Assembly: GCA_026936335.1 (NCBI GenBank) | Contig: JAPMXV010000035.1 | Location: forward strand, 186,001-250,000 | DNA: 64,000 nt | Source of the DNA: Mantamonas sphyraenae STR306 | Taxonomy: Eukaryota; Protista; CRuMs | Reading direction: 5' to 3' | In this document: positions 35,201 through 47,011 of the stretch, piece after piece | Layout of the letters: each line of letters begins with the position of its first letter | How positions within the stretch are numbered: position 1 is the stretch's first letter | Translations under genes and position numbers: made by a program | Notes under the pieces: generated by a model | The model's database searches: none | Told to the model about the DNA's origin: nothing | Seen by the model: the letters and a program-made list of their open reading frames with translations, nothing else

Positions 35201-35538
35201 ACATGGCGTACGGAAGCGATGGACGCAACCTGATTGCAGGCACGTGGGAGTACAAGCCTCCCGAGGTGCCTGACATCCCGCTGGTGTTCAACGTAAGCCT
35301 CCTGGAGGACTCACCCAACCCTGTGGGCATTCTGGGCTCCAAGGCCTCGGGTGAGCCGCCCTACATGCTCGGCGTCTCCTTGCTGTTTGCTCTGGAGAAC
35401 GCCGTGCAGGCGGCTCGCGATCAGTCCGCCCAGACCAACGAAGAGGCCGCGGAAGAGCTGCAGTTGCCCGTGCCATCTACCGTTGTTGATCTGCAGCTCA
35501 ACTGCATTCTCGACATCAGTCAGTTTACGCTGGAGTGA
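30814..35538 (+). CDS. Xanthine oxidase-family molybdoflavoenzyme (aldehyde oxidase-type) with N-terminal PB1 domain
   Basis: 2Fe-2S motifs TKVGCGEGGCGAC, QCGYC, NICRCTG; FAD motif LVAGNTSIGV (in the alternate frame ~32230-32480); Moco domain GQEHFYMET, GGGFGGK, AMRAPG, SKASGEPP; PB1 OPCA motif YLDEDGDWCVISS. Confidence 0.93.
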
Positions 35539-35574
35539 TGAAAGAATGAAGAACAAGGTTTGTTGTCGACGTGT

Positions 35575-37815
35575 GCAGAGACTGTGCATTCATTCCGTGA
35601 TGCATGGTGTCGTGCGTCTGTCACTTACCCGCTCCTCCTCACGTCCTTCCGCCCCACGGCGTGCCCTTCAGCGTCGTCGTCTTCTTCTGCACAACAAACA
35701 CCACTCCCTCCCGATGCTTGTGTCCGTGAGGTACCTGATCGTACTGGCGTTGCGAGTCGTAGTACAGACGCTGGTTGAACAGCATGGTGTACATGCCGGT
35801 GGACTCAAACACTTTCGCGTAGTCGATGATGGTCGTGTGTCCACCTCCATGCCCATGGATCTCAGGGCACAGGTTGTGCACCTGAAACACATGCACAATC
35901 ACACATCCGCCAGGCGCAAGGTGTCTGTGGATGTTGTGCAGAGCTGCAAAGAACCAAGCTCGGTCCACGACGTCAATGGTGTACGACGAGATGACCAGAT
36001 CGTACGTACCTACGTCGGGAAGCTCTGGATGGTCGTCCATGGAGCCATGGAAGAACTTGAAGTGGGGAAAGTCCTTGCTGTTGACCTCGACTGCCTTCTT
36101 GGACGGGTCGATGCCCACACCGAGCTCACACTTCCAGCGCTTGCACATCTGGTCCATCCTGGACGCGTACGAGGGACCTGTGGAACGGCAGGGGAGGCGC
36201 AATGAGTGGGTGGGGGGGGAGGGAGTAAAGGGAAGGGGAGGTGAGCAGCAAGGGAGAGGAAGGGAGGGAAGGGTGGGAGCGGGGGGAAATTGCGGGAGTG
36301 TCGGGGCAGTTGGGAGTGGAAACAGGCGACTCACCATAGTCGAGGACACGCTTAAAGTCACGCCCCAGGTCTTTGAGGACGAGGTAGACAATGTCGTTGT
36401 CGATGTTCCACTTCTTGTACCCCTGCAAAGGAAACTCACTGTGAGCGGCCGGACGTGTACACACGAGGATCCACAAGTGACACAACTTACTTCCAGGTTG
36501 CGATCAAAGTAAGCATCTGCTTCAGCCATACTGCCGTACGCTGTGTGGCCATACTCGCGTTTTCGGAAGCCGTGCACTGCGGGAATCGCTAGCGAGCCTG
36601 TCACGCGTGCCTCTGTGGAGCTATGCGTCGCATGTGGAACAAGCAAGGACGCCGTGAGGTAGCCCACGTAAAACAAGAGGATTGACGCGACTATGTGTCC
36701 GCCTCTTACCATGGGGAGCGGTGGACGGGATGAGCTGCAACAGGAAGGGCGGTCAGACATCAGCTCAGATCCAGCCAAACTCACACTTGTGTGCTGAAAC
36801 TGTGCATTCATTCCGTGATGCATGGTGTCGTCGTCTGTCACTTGCAGGCTCCTCCTCACGTCCTTCCGCCCCACGGCGTGCCCTTCAGCGTCGTCGTCTT
36901 CTTCTGCACAACAAACACCACTCCCTCCCGATGCTTGTGTCCGTGAGGTACCTGATCGTACTGACGTTGCGAGTCGTAGTAGAGGCGCTGGTTGAACAGC
37001 ATGGTGTACATGCCGGTGGACTCAAACACTTTCGCGTAGTCGATGATGGTCGTGTGTCCACCTCCATGCCCATGGATCTCAGGGCACAGGTTGTGCACCT
37101 GAAACACATGCACAATCACACATCCGCCAGGCGCAAGGTGTCTGTGGATGTTGTGCAGAGCTGCAAAGAACCAGCTCGGTCCACGACGTCAATGGTGTAC
37201 GACGAGATGACCAGATCGTACGTGCCTACGTCGGGAAGCTCTGGATGGTCGTCCATGGAGCCATGGAAGAACTTGAAGTGGGGAAAGTCCTTGCTGTTGA
37301 CCTCGACTGCCTTCTTGGACGGGTCGATGCCCACACCGAGCTCACACTTCCACCGCTTGCACATCTGGTCCATCCTGGACGCGTACGAGGGACCTGTGGA
37401 ACGGCAGGGGAGGCGCAATTGGAGTGGGTGGGGGGGAGGGAGTAAAGGGAAGGGGAGGTGAGCAGCAAGGGAGAGAGAAAGGGAGGGAAGGTGGGAGCGG
37501 GGGGAAATTGCGGGAGTGTCGGGGCAGTTGGGAGTGGAAACAGGCGACTCACCATAGTCGAGGACACGCTTAAAGTCACGCCCCAGGTCCTTGAGGACGA
37601 GGTAGACAATGTCGTTGTCGATGTTCCACTTCTTGTAGGTCTATTGTGGCATGTGCGCGCGTGTGTGTGTGTGTGTCAGCAACCGTGACGGCTGCGGCGT
37701 TTCTCGACGCCCCACCGGCTCCCAAAACAGAGCGCACTTACATCCAGGTTGCGATCAAAGTAAGCATCTGCTTCAGCCATACTGCTGTACGCTGTGTGGC
37801 CGTACTCGCGTTTGC
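35575..37815. repeat. Tandem near-identical duplication (~35575-36570 vs ~36791-37815)
   Basis: 3' UTR, last two exons and intron 2 are nearly identical between methyltransferase copies 1 and 2. Confidence 0.9.
35639..36712 (-). CDS. Type II membrane class I SAM-dependent methyltransferase, copy 1 (3 exons)
   Basis: N-terminal TM; RVLDYG, GIDPS, YDLVISSYTID, HLAPGG. Introns 36423-36490 and 36178-36334. Confidence 0.8.
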   Translation of the reverse strand: MVRGGHIVASILLFYVGYLTASLLVPHATHSSTEARVTGSLAIPAVHGFRKREYGHTAYGSMAEADAYFDRNLEVSCVTCGSSCVHVRPLTVSFLCRGTRSGTSTTTLSTSSSKTWGVTLSVSSTMVSRLFPLPTAPTLPQFPPAPTLPSLPLPCCSPPLPFTPSPPTHSLRLPCRSTGPSYASRMDQMCKRWKCELGVGIDPSKKAVEVNSKDFPHFKFFHGSMDDHPELPDVGTYDLVISSYTIDVVDRAWFFAALHNIHRHLAPGGCVIVHVFQVHNLCPEIHGHGGGHTTIIDYAKVFESTGMYTMLFNQRLYYDSQRQYDQVPHGHKHREGVVFVVQKKTTTLKGTPWGGRT

Positions 37816-37951
37816 GAAATCCCGGCACCAGAGGGAAAACCTGGCCGCCGGCTGCCTCACTCCCCGACGGGCTATCGACCGACATCATCATCACCACAGC
37901 AAACGCCACGCCTGCCAGGAAGCAAACGAGTCCGGCAGTGAGTTTGGACAT
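36856..37951 (-). CDS. Type II membrane SAM methyltransferase, copy 2 (1-nt deletion near 37172)
   Basis: MSKLTAGLVCFLAGVAFAVVMM anchor; intron 37641-37741; catalytic exons nearly identical to copy 1 apart from one missing base. Confidence 0.75.
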
Positions 37952-38024
37952 GTGCGTTCAAAACAAAAGTACGGTTGGGCACCGGAGCGCGGGGGTTTTT
38001 GATCTGAACACCCTCTCTCCCTTT

Positions 38025-39442
38025 TCAGTTCCACGGGTTGTTGGCCAGCTCGCCAGCAGACAGCTTCTGCAGCACCACAATGCGCGCAATGTTCTTGATT
38101 GGGTCTGTGCGGCCCTCCATGTACTGGTTCCCGTTGGAAGCGTCCACCCGTTGGTCCAGCAGGTTGCGATACAGGCCACTCTTCTCCAACATATCAGCAT
38201 AGTCCACCAGGTAGCTTTCGTATCCGTACTCTGCCGGCCGCCGCTCTGCACAGTTGTTGAACATGTCTCTGCTAAACAGAATCAGGTGCTGCTGCTCTCC
38301 CAACAGCTGCGATACACGTCCAACCCCGACCCCGATGTCAGTACCCTCTTCCCTGTAGACCAACCTCTGTTCCACTTTGAATTGCCCGTCCCCATTCCCC
38401 CTTCGATGTCCTTTCCTCCCTCTCACCCCGCGTTTCACCTACATCGTGCATTCCTTGGATGCTTGCCCACAGCCTGCTGCGGTCCACACGGTCCAACACG
38501 TTGTACGAGATCACTGCATGAAAGGTGCCCTTCCACCCAGCGTCGTACGGGGCCATGTCGTCTGGTGTACCCTCCACTATCTGCACGTTGCTGTACTTGG
38601 CCTTGCTCAGCTCCAGAGCTGTCCATGCGGTTGAATGCACACGCCGTACAATTCAAGGTCATGCGATGCCACCTGCTGGTGTAAGCACGATGCTATTTGT
38701 TGGTTCGCAGTAGCCCCTGTCATGAACCCAACCCCCAACGCCCTCGAGCTTCAACTCACCCTTTTTCGACGGGTCCACGTTCACAGCCAGCTCACAGTTC
38801 CATTTGGCACACATGGTACCCACACGTGATCCTGATCCTCCGTCTGTTACGCCCCATCCATCCCATCCATTCCATCTGTGTCAGCTGCTGTTGCGAGTGT
38901 ACGAAACGCTCGCTCCGGAACCCCTCTCAAACTTCAGCTCCCCTGTGTCACTTACTAAACTCCACGATGCGCTTGTACTCCTTCCCAAACCGCTTCATGA
39001 TCCGCATGATGATATCCGTGTCCTCGCTGTACTGCATGGAGGCATGGTTGCCGCTCTCCAGCGCCTGGTTCTCCTCAGCCACCTGCGCGTCCGAAATGCT
39101 CCCGTAGCGGCTTCGTGTAGCCGGGGCGCTGTCCGTCGGCTTATCCTCCTTGCTTTCCGCCTTGGGGCACGGCTTTTGCGTGCATGGTGGACAGGTGGAT
39201 TTGGATTTCGAGCACTTTGGGCATGGTTTGGGCGTGGGACAGCTGGTTTCGCAATCACGACAGCTCTTTTCCGCCGCGTGCTTCTCGACACGTGCCGGCG
39301 CGGTCATCTCCGCCCTGTTTGCTGCACCCAACATAGACATAAACATGACGCCCACCGTAAAGCCAACCAAGAGCACGACGCCAGTACGCATCCTGCAAGT
39401 GTGTGAGTTGGAGTGTGCAGGACGGCGCTTTCCCATGTCCAT
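38025..39442 (-). CDS. Type II membrane SAM methyltransferase, divergent copy 3 (multi-exon)
   Basis: TM GVVLLVGFTVGVMFMSML and Cys/Pro stalk; RSRYGSISDA vs HTAYGSMAEA, CAKWNCELAVNVDPSK vs CKRWKCELGVGIDPSK, FHAVISYNVLDRVDR, VDYADMLEKSGLY. Confidence 0.75.
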
Positions 39443-39454
39443 TTTCGTCACGCT

Positions 39455-41510
39455 TTACTTGACAATGGTCAAATCATCCAACGTCATCCCACGCGCACGA
39501 GCGATGGCCTGGAGCAGTACACGCTGAGCGTGCTGGCCACGCTTGCCAGCTTTCTTGTGTCGCGTCAGCGTAATCACATCCGGCCGGATGATGTGATTGG
39601 AGATAAGATAGGCAATATCCCGTGCCAGCATGTGCAATGCCTCGTCCTCCGTTTTGGCAGGATACAGGCTCTGGCACAGTCGCTCGGGAAAGTGTCTCCC
39701 CAACACACCCTTCTGTTTGCGAGTCATACTCTTTGTCATTGTCGCCAAATCCTCCAGTGGCTTGCACGACTTGCCGTTCACCTGTACGTCTCGGTTGTGT
39801 GCGTCTGCGCGTCGCGGCCCCGTCTTTCTCCTGTGCAGCAGGCGTTTCGCTTGACGAATCAGGCGAGCACGGTGGTCCACCGTGCAGTCCTGCGTCGACA
39901 GCCATGCCGACATGTCGTAGCACAGTTGCATCAGGTTCTGTCTTTGCTCCGTGGAAAACAGATCGGCCATTGTCTTGGCCACCCGAATCGACATGCCTCC
40001 CCGCGAAAACACGTCCAGATCCACGTCCAGGATTTGTCGCTCCGTCTCTCCAATACGCCACCCGTAGTCCACTCCCTTGTGCGCCTTTTTGTCTGCGTGG
40101 CCCTGTTGCGTCTCTTTATCGTAGCGCATCATCGGCACCAGCCGCACATGGTACTCGGTGCTGTGTTGCAAAGACTCCTTGTCCTTGCCGTTTGTCCCGT
40201 CCACCCTGTGGCTACCCCCCTCACGTCCGCAGACGTCGCTGCATGCTGCAGGACCATGGATTACCATGTGTGGCGTGGCGCCGGCGTGGATACGGCTCCG
40301 TCCCAGCTGGCAGCGTTGTTCTGCTCCTGCCGGCACGTTTGCCTTCCACACAGGCTTCAGCCACACAAAACGCGACACCAGACCCGTCCACACGCTGGCC
40401 AGGTTGTATGTGTCGGCACCCACTCCACTCTCCTTCACAAACTTGGTCACACCCTGCGGCATGCCCGGGTGAAACACCGGCGGTGGATTCATCCCGCTGT
40501 GAAGGTCCACACGCACCACCGTCTGCCATTCAGTCCATACATATGTGTGCGAGTGCGTTTTGAGAGAAAGTGTCAGGAGTGTGCCACCCATCAGGTGCTC
40601 GTGTGTGGATGTGTGCTGGTGTGCGTTGTGTGCTGCTTGGGGAAACACTCACCAAACCGAAACTCGGCACCAGCTTTTGCTTGGCCGCCAGCAGCCACCA
40701 CCGCAGCACCTTCTTCCGGTTGCGGGTCAGGAACACCGTCGGCAGAGTGTTGGCCGCCAGCTTGGCCTCGGCTGCACTGCCTCCTTTCGCCTTCACCTCT
40801 GCTGAGCGCGTCTTCCACCATTCTGCAAACGGAGTCACCTTGAGTTTGATCTTTCGCCGACGCTTCTTGCGTCGCACGTACGTCTTGCGCCCCACCATCC
40901 CACGCGGCTTGTGCCGCTTGAATCTGTTGCGCACTCGTTTGCGCATGGCACGCTTGAACAATGTCACTGCGCTCGACGGCGTCGGCGACGGTTCGGGCGT
41001 CGCGGTTTCCTCGTCGTCGCTCTTCTCCTCGTCGCTTGGACTGCCCTCATCCACTACAGGAATCTTTTGCGCTGCAGGCGTCGCCCTCACTGTAGTTTCC
41101 TTTCCTCCTTCTGCTCCCCGCTCTTCCTTGCCCTTCTTGCTCGTGCTAGCGCCGTCCGTGTGCTCGTCCGCTTGCTTCCTGCCTGACGTCACCGACTCCA
41201 CCGTCGGCGGCCGCCTGTCGTCGCTACGCGCTCCATCGCTGCCGCTGCTGCTGTCTGCAAACGCTGCATACAGCACAAAGCCCACCACCACCGCCACGGC
41301 AATGGCTGCCGCTGCTTTGCCTGCGGGCTGCTCCAGAAACCCTGCTGCACCTCGTCCGCTTCTCCTTCGCTTGCTCTTCATCGGTAGCTCGTCGTCCTGC
41401 AGCCGCTCGCCTGTCCCCACCGCCGTTGCTCCACCCACAAACAGTGGTGCTTCTGCCATCAGATCTGCCCCGAGAGCATGCCCTCTCTTCCGTGCCTGTT
41501 GCTGCATCAC
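39455..41510 (-). CDS. Type II membrane protein of unknown function (2 exons)
   Basis: TM AAAAIAVAVVVGFVLYAAFA, S/T/E stalk, globular C-terminal domain; in-phase intron 40523-40652 (GTGAGT...GCAG). Confidence 0.65.
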
Positions 41511-41655
41511 ACGCTCGTTTTGGCCTCTGCACCGCGTGCCCCAACCTTTCCTCCTCGTGCGTGTGACCCCGCCCTTCCAATTCTCTGCCCCACCTAAACG
41601 TTGCTAACCCAGTTGTGTCCACGTCGCCCGTGCCTTTTCTCCTCCCCATCTGCAG

Positions 41656-44600
41656 ATGTTCCAGTGGCGTCGCTTCAACTTTTTCCAGAAAGAGGTCGTC
41701 CAGGACAGTGGCGGCAGCGGCAATGCGCCTCATTCTGTCATCGCTGTACGTGTACTTTCACACGTGTTTCCCAGCCACCGCACCCCCGTCTTCCGACCCA
41801 GCCTTCCTCCCGCGGAAACGGCGCCGTTCCGCTTGCCTCGCCTGACCCATTTCCTCCTCGCTCATCCTCCTTTCGCCTTTTGCGTGCACCCGTCCAGGAT
41901 TTGAAAATCTCCTGCACCAGCAGCGGACGTGGACATATTGTCCTTGGCGACGAAGACGGCTGGGTCAACATTGTGGACCGCAGCTTCGAGGTGACCTCGT
42001 TTCAGGCCTTTGAACGAGTTGTCGATGTGCATCAGCTCAAGCAGAGCAACATTCTGCTCGTCTTTGGCTACGAAGGCGCCGACAACGACACGGCAATCAA
42101 GATCTACAACCTCGACAAGGCTGACAAGAACGGCAACCCACTTGTCCTGCGCACCCTCAAGGTCCTCAACGGCAAGTTTGCCGGTGTCAAGGTAGGTTTT
42201 TCCCCTCTCACCCCGTCCGCGAGCTCGTTCTCCTCGTGGATCACTTGCACGCCCCACGCCTTTTGACCTGTTGGAGCACATCTTGAACCTCGCGCGTTGA
42301 CACACTCATGATCCACCCCCAACATACAGCTCACTGCCTTTGCTGTGCTCGAAGATCTGTCGCAGCTCGCTCTCGGCTACGAAAACGGTGCCGTCTTGCT
42401 GTATCGAGGCGACGTGGCTCGGTGAGTTACGCCACATTTCCCCCTTGATGCAAACCATCCCACACTCCCAAATGTGCATTCGCAAACCCGACATTCGTGG
42501 GCCTCCTCAGTGGTGCAACAATGCAACTGCTCACCACGCCGCGCGACTTGCTCCCTCGTCCGTTCCACCACCTTCACAGCGATCGCTTCAGCAAACCCAA
42601 ACTGCTGATGGAGGCCAGCAGCTGCGTGACAGGGTTGGGCTTCCGTGACCACTACCAGCACGTCCTCTTGTTTGTCGTCACCGAAGAGGACGTGTCAAAC
42701 ATCATCACGACCACAAAAAGTGAGGTAGTCAACCAACTGGACTGGATCGGTGGCCCTCTGGGCACCACCGCGCTCAGCGATGACCAGGAAATGGTTGTCG
42801 GCCGCGAGGAGGCCGTTTACTTTTACGAGGGCGAGGACAAGGGACCTTGCTATGCATTTGACGGCCCCAAGAAACTTCTGTCCTGGTTCCGTGGCTACCT
42901 CATCGTAGTGGGAGCTGACAATGCGGTGAACATCTACGACATCAAAAACAAGTTTATCGCCTTCTCCGGGCGCTTCTCCGAAGTGCAGGACATCATTTGC
43001 GAGTGGGGCAGCATCTTTGTGCTCACCACCAAGCGCGTACTCTATCAGCTGGAGGAAAAAGACACGCAAACCAAGCTGGAGATGCTGTTTCGCAAAAACC
43101 ACTATTCTGTGGCCATCAACCTGGCACACACACAGCAGTACGACTACGCCTCCATCATCGACATCTTCCGCAAGTACGGTGACCATCTGTACAGCAAGGG
43201 CGACTTTGACGGCGCCATCACACAGTATCTGCAGACCATTGGCCGCCTGGAGCCGTCGTATGTGATCCGCAAGTTCCTCGACGCCCAGCGCATCCACAAC
43301 CTGACCAGCTACCTGGAAGCCCTGCACGAAAAGGGCCTGGCCAACTCGGACCACACCACGCTGCTGCTCAACTGCTACACCAAGCTCAAGGACGTCAGCA
43401 AGCTGGACGAGTTTATCAAAAACGACAGCGAACAACTGCAGTTTGACGTCGAGACGGCCATCAAGGTGTGCCGCCAGGCAGGCTACCACGAGCACGCGCT
43501 CTTCCTCGCCGAAAAACACTCGGAGCATGAGTGGTACCTCAAAATCCAGCTGGAAGACATCATGAACTACCAGGACGCGCTGGACTACATCGCCACGCTG
43601 GACTTTTACGACGCCGAGACCATGCTGAAAAAGCACGGCAAGCAGGTGGTGACTCACCTGCCCGAGGCAACCACAGACCTGCTCATGCGCCTGTGCACTG
43701 AGTATGTGCCTGCAGGCGGCAAGCAGCAGCTGTCTGCGTCCATGACGCAAGGAGGCGGCTCCTCGGCACAGCCACGCCCTGTGCCAGGCGCAGGTGCACA
43801 GGCAACTGCTGGAGCCGGTTCCATGGGCATGGCAGGCAGTGCGGGCCAGACGGGTACCTCGCAGGACGCACGCTCTGCCCTGTTTGCTGGAATCAAGCAA
43901 CCGTCTGCAGATTCGCTCAAGGCTGCCTTTGACCCTGTCAAGCATGCGTTTTCCTCTCCCGAGGCGATGCGCTCGGCTTTGTTCTCGCAGGGAGGCGCAG
44001 GTGCGTCGTCGTCGTCGTCGTCGTCGTCATCGTCGTCGTCGTCCTCCTCCTCCTCCTCATCGTCAGCAAGTGCAGCAGCATATGACAGCGCCGGCAGCGG
44101 ATCGGGGTTGGGCCAGCAGCAGCACGATTCTGGCTCGCTTTCGCAAGGATACAACAGCGGCGGGCTTGCAGAGTTGCCTGCTGTGTCCGATCTGGGTCTG
44201 GATTTTGACATTGACGGGGAGTTTGGCGGAAGCGGAAGCAAGGCGCGCCCAGAGGAGTTTATCCACATCTACGTCGACCAACCTGAATGGCTGACCACCT
44301 TTTTGGAGTTTATTGTCAACGAGATCCCGGACAGCGACAAGCTGGTGTACAACACCCTGCTCGAGCTGTATCTGCGAGAGGAGGATGTGACTCTGGCAGC
44401 AGCCAAGGCGGGCAAGCAAGCACAGAGTGCGTCGCAGGGTCTTGCAGGCAAGCAGCAGCCTTCTGCAGTGCGTCTGGAGAAGCTTGCCAAGGCGCGAGCA
44501 CTGCTGAAGAACTCACGTGCGCAGTACGACGTTGACCACGCGCTTGTGCTGTGCCAGATGCACGATTTTAAGGACGGCATTCTGTTTCTGTACGAGAAAC

Positions 44601-45349
44601 TCAAACTGTACCACGAAATTGTGGAGTACTACATGGAGAACGACATGTACGACTCCATCATCAGCTCGTGCAAGCGCTTCGGCGAAAGCGACCCGAACTT
44701 GTGGATCGAGGTGCTGTCGTACTTTGCAGGAAAGGAAGGAGACTGCCAGAAGGAAATCCGAGATGTTCTGGCGCACATCAACACAAACAATCTGCTGCCG
44801 CCCCTGCTGGTCATCCAGATCCTCAGCCGCACAAAGAATGTGAGCCTGAGCGTGGTGAAGGACTACGTCGTGCGCCGACTGCAGCAAGAGAACGCAGCCA
44901 TCGAGAAAGATAGGCGGATGATCCGCAAGTACAAGGAGGAAACGGAAAAGATGCGGCAGGAGATTGACGAGCTCAAGACGAGCGCAAAGATCTTCCAGCG
45001 CAACAAGTGCACGCGTTGCACAGGCCCACTGGAACTGCCCGCCGTCCACTTTCTGTGCATGCATTCGTTTCACCAGCGTTGTCTGGGTGACAGTGACTTT
45101 GAGTGTCCTGCGTGTGCGCAGGAGAACAGGCAGGTGCTGGAAATCAAGCGAGGCCTGGAGGCCAGTGCCACGCAGCACGATCAGTTCTTCAAGCAGCTGG
45201 AGGACTCGCCCGACGGGTTTAGCACTGTGGCCGAGTTTTTTGGACGTGGTATCTTCAACAAGCTCATCCTGGTCGGCGGTGAAGACGTGGGCAACGGCGG
45301 CGTGGAGCGCCTCAGTGCACAGGAGCAACGCGAGCGACTGCTTGGATGA
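41656..45349 (+). CDS. VPS11: HOPS/CORVET subunit VPS11 (4 exons)
   Basis: MFQWRRFNFF, LEPSYVIRKFLDAQRIHNLTSYLE, HTTLLLNCYTKLKD, RING-H2 VHFLCMHSFHQRC. Introns 41746-41897, 42192-42329, 42422-42579. Confidence 0.97.
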
Positions 45350-45434
45350 GTGCAACGGAAAGCACACAAGTTTTTGTGTATGCAGATGAACGTTGTGTGG
45401 TTTTTGTTCCTGGTTCATGGTTGGAATGGAAATT

Positions 45435-46898
45435 TCACAATCGGGCGGTCAGCCTTCCGGACAGGCTGTGGACGTCGTCGACGACCAGATTCTCGTCTTG
45501 GCCGGCAGTGTGATCGCGATCACATGCACAGTCGGCGAGGGTGCCCATGGGGTCCCACGGAGGGAGGTACTCTTGTGGGACATCGGAGGAGCGCCAGATG
45601 TCTTGCAAGCGTTGGGGCAGCCTGTGCAGCGGCACAATAACTTCATACACATACTCTTCGAACCACGAGTTGTCCAGCAGCAAGAAGCCCTTCTTGCCGC
45701 TTTTTTCGCCATGGGAGTTTTCCACACGCCATTTGCGGGGTGTGTCCTTGTGTTTGTCGCGAACATCGAGCCCAGTGAAAAGCATGGCATGTGTGACACG
45801 CGTGTCGGCGACGTCCAGACGCTGGGCCTTGGTGAGGGTGTACGGATGATCGTAGAGTTGGGCATAGTCAAAGAGTTGTGCGTGCATGAGGCCCTTCTCC
45901 TTGTAGATTTGCTTGCTGAAGCAGCAGCCAAACCACACGGGCTGCTTGTCGATGACAATTGTGTCACGAGAGGCACGCTTAATTGTGTCGATGTCTGTGC
46001 TGATGAAGCGCATGGGATCTGTGCCGAGAATGTTGCGCAGCCAGCCGAGGCCGTACACGGCGTCGACGACAGTTTGCTCGCGTGGGTCGTGGACAAGACA
46101 CACGTATGAAGCCATGTCGGCGCCGACAACGCGTGCAAAAAACTGCTGCGGGGTCAGGTTGGACAAGCGGGTGAACTTCTTGTTGCCCTTGCTTGGGACC
46201 TTGTGGTTTGGGGTGAAGCTCCAGTCGACGGTGGTGGGGGGCATTCCGAGGTGCATGACGAGCATGCGATAGACGACCTGGAGAGCAGTGCGGCGGATGG
46301 CGTGCATTTGGTCCAACGAGAGACCCTGTTGGCGCATGGCAAGGGCAGTCTGCAGGAGGAGTTCCTTGAGACGGGCATTCATCTGCGCGCTGCCGTTGCT
46401 GGACACACATTCGGGCATGGAGTCAGCAGGGACGACGCCGTACTTTGTGACGAGGTCGGCAAACATGTTCCAGTGGCCACCGTCGCCGATACAGTGTGCG
46501 TAGAGGTAGCTGGTCAGGCGGTCGCCGTTCACGGAGCGTTGGCGTGTGCTGATGACGTCGTGGAGAAAGGTGTTTGCGCGTTCGAGCTTGTCGTAGAAGA
46601 AGAGGTAGTTTGCGCTGAAGGTGATGTCTTTGAGGTGAAGCTTGTCGCAAGCAAGGGAGCGGAGGAGGTTGAGCCCGGCAAACATCCAGCAGCGGCCGCT
46701 CTTGCGCTGGTTGGACACGGGCCAATGATCAAGCGTGTGAGAGTAATCATCGTGCCGCATTGTGCCCAGGAGAGAACGGTTGAGGGCCATGGAGCCGGCG
46801 GAGCAGAGTTGCATTGCATTGCTGACCACACGTGTGCTGCGGCTGCTTGACGCCTGCTGCATCCACTCAGCCAAATGTTGTGTGTCAATGGGTTCCAT
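45435..46898 (-). CDS. Bleomycin hydrolase / aminopeptidase C (peptidase C1B), intronless
   Basis: NQRKSGRCWMFA, THAMLFTG, WRVENS, LPPWDPMGTLA; C-terminal extension ending ARL. Confidence 0.95.
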   Translation of the reverse strand: MEPIDTQHLAEWMQQASSSRSTRVVSNAMQLCSAGSMALNRSLLGTMRHDDYSHTLDHWPVSNQRKSGRCWMFAGLNLLRSLACDKLHLKDITFSANYLFFYDKLERANTFLHDVISTRQRSVNGDRLTSYLYAHCIGDGGHWNMFADLVTKYGVVPADSMPECVSSNGSAQMNARLKELLLQTALAMRQQGLSLDQMHAIRRTALQVVYRMLVMHLGMPPTTVDWSFTPNHKVPSKGNKKFTRLSNLTPQQFFARVVGADMASYVCLVHDPREQTVVDAVYGLGWLRNILGTDPMRFISTDIDTIKRASRDTIVIDKQPVWFGCCFSKQIYKEKGLMHAQLFDYAQLYDHPYTLTKAQRLDVADTRVTHAMLFTGLDVRDKHKDTPRKWRVENSHGEKSGKKGFLLLDNSWFEEYVYEVIVPLHRLPQRLQDIWRSSDVPQEYLPPWDPMGTLADCACDRDHTAGQDENLVVDDVHSLSGRLTARL

Positions 46899-47011
46899 GG
46901 GGAAGGTGAGGAGAATGGAGGAGAGGCAGCCGGATGCCTGTGTCGGTCGAGGAAGAGCTGCCCCAGCCGGAGCAAGAGCAGGTCTTTGCATTGCAACACA
47001 GGACAGTGGCC

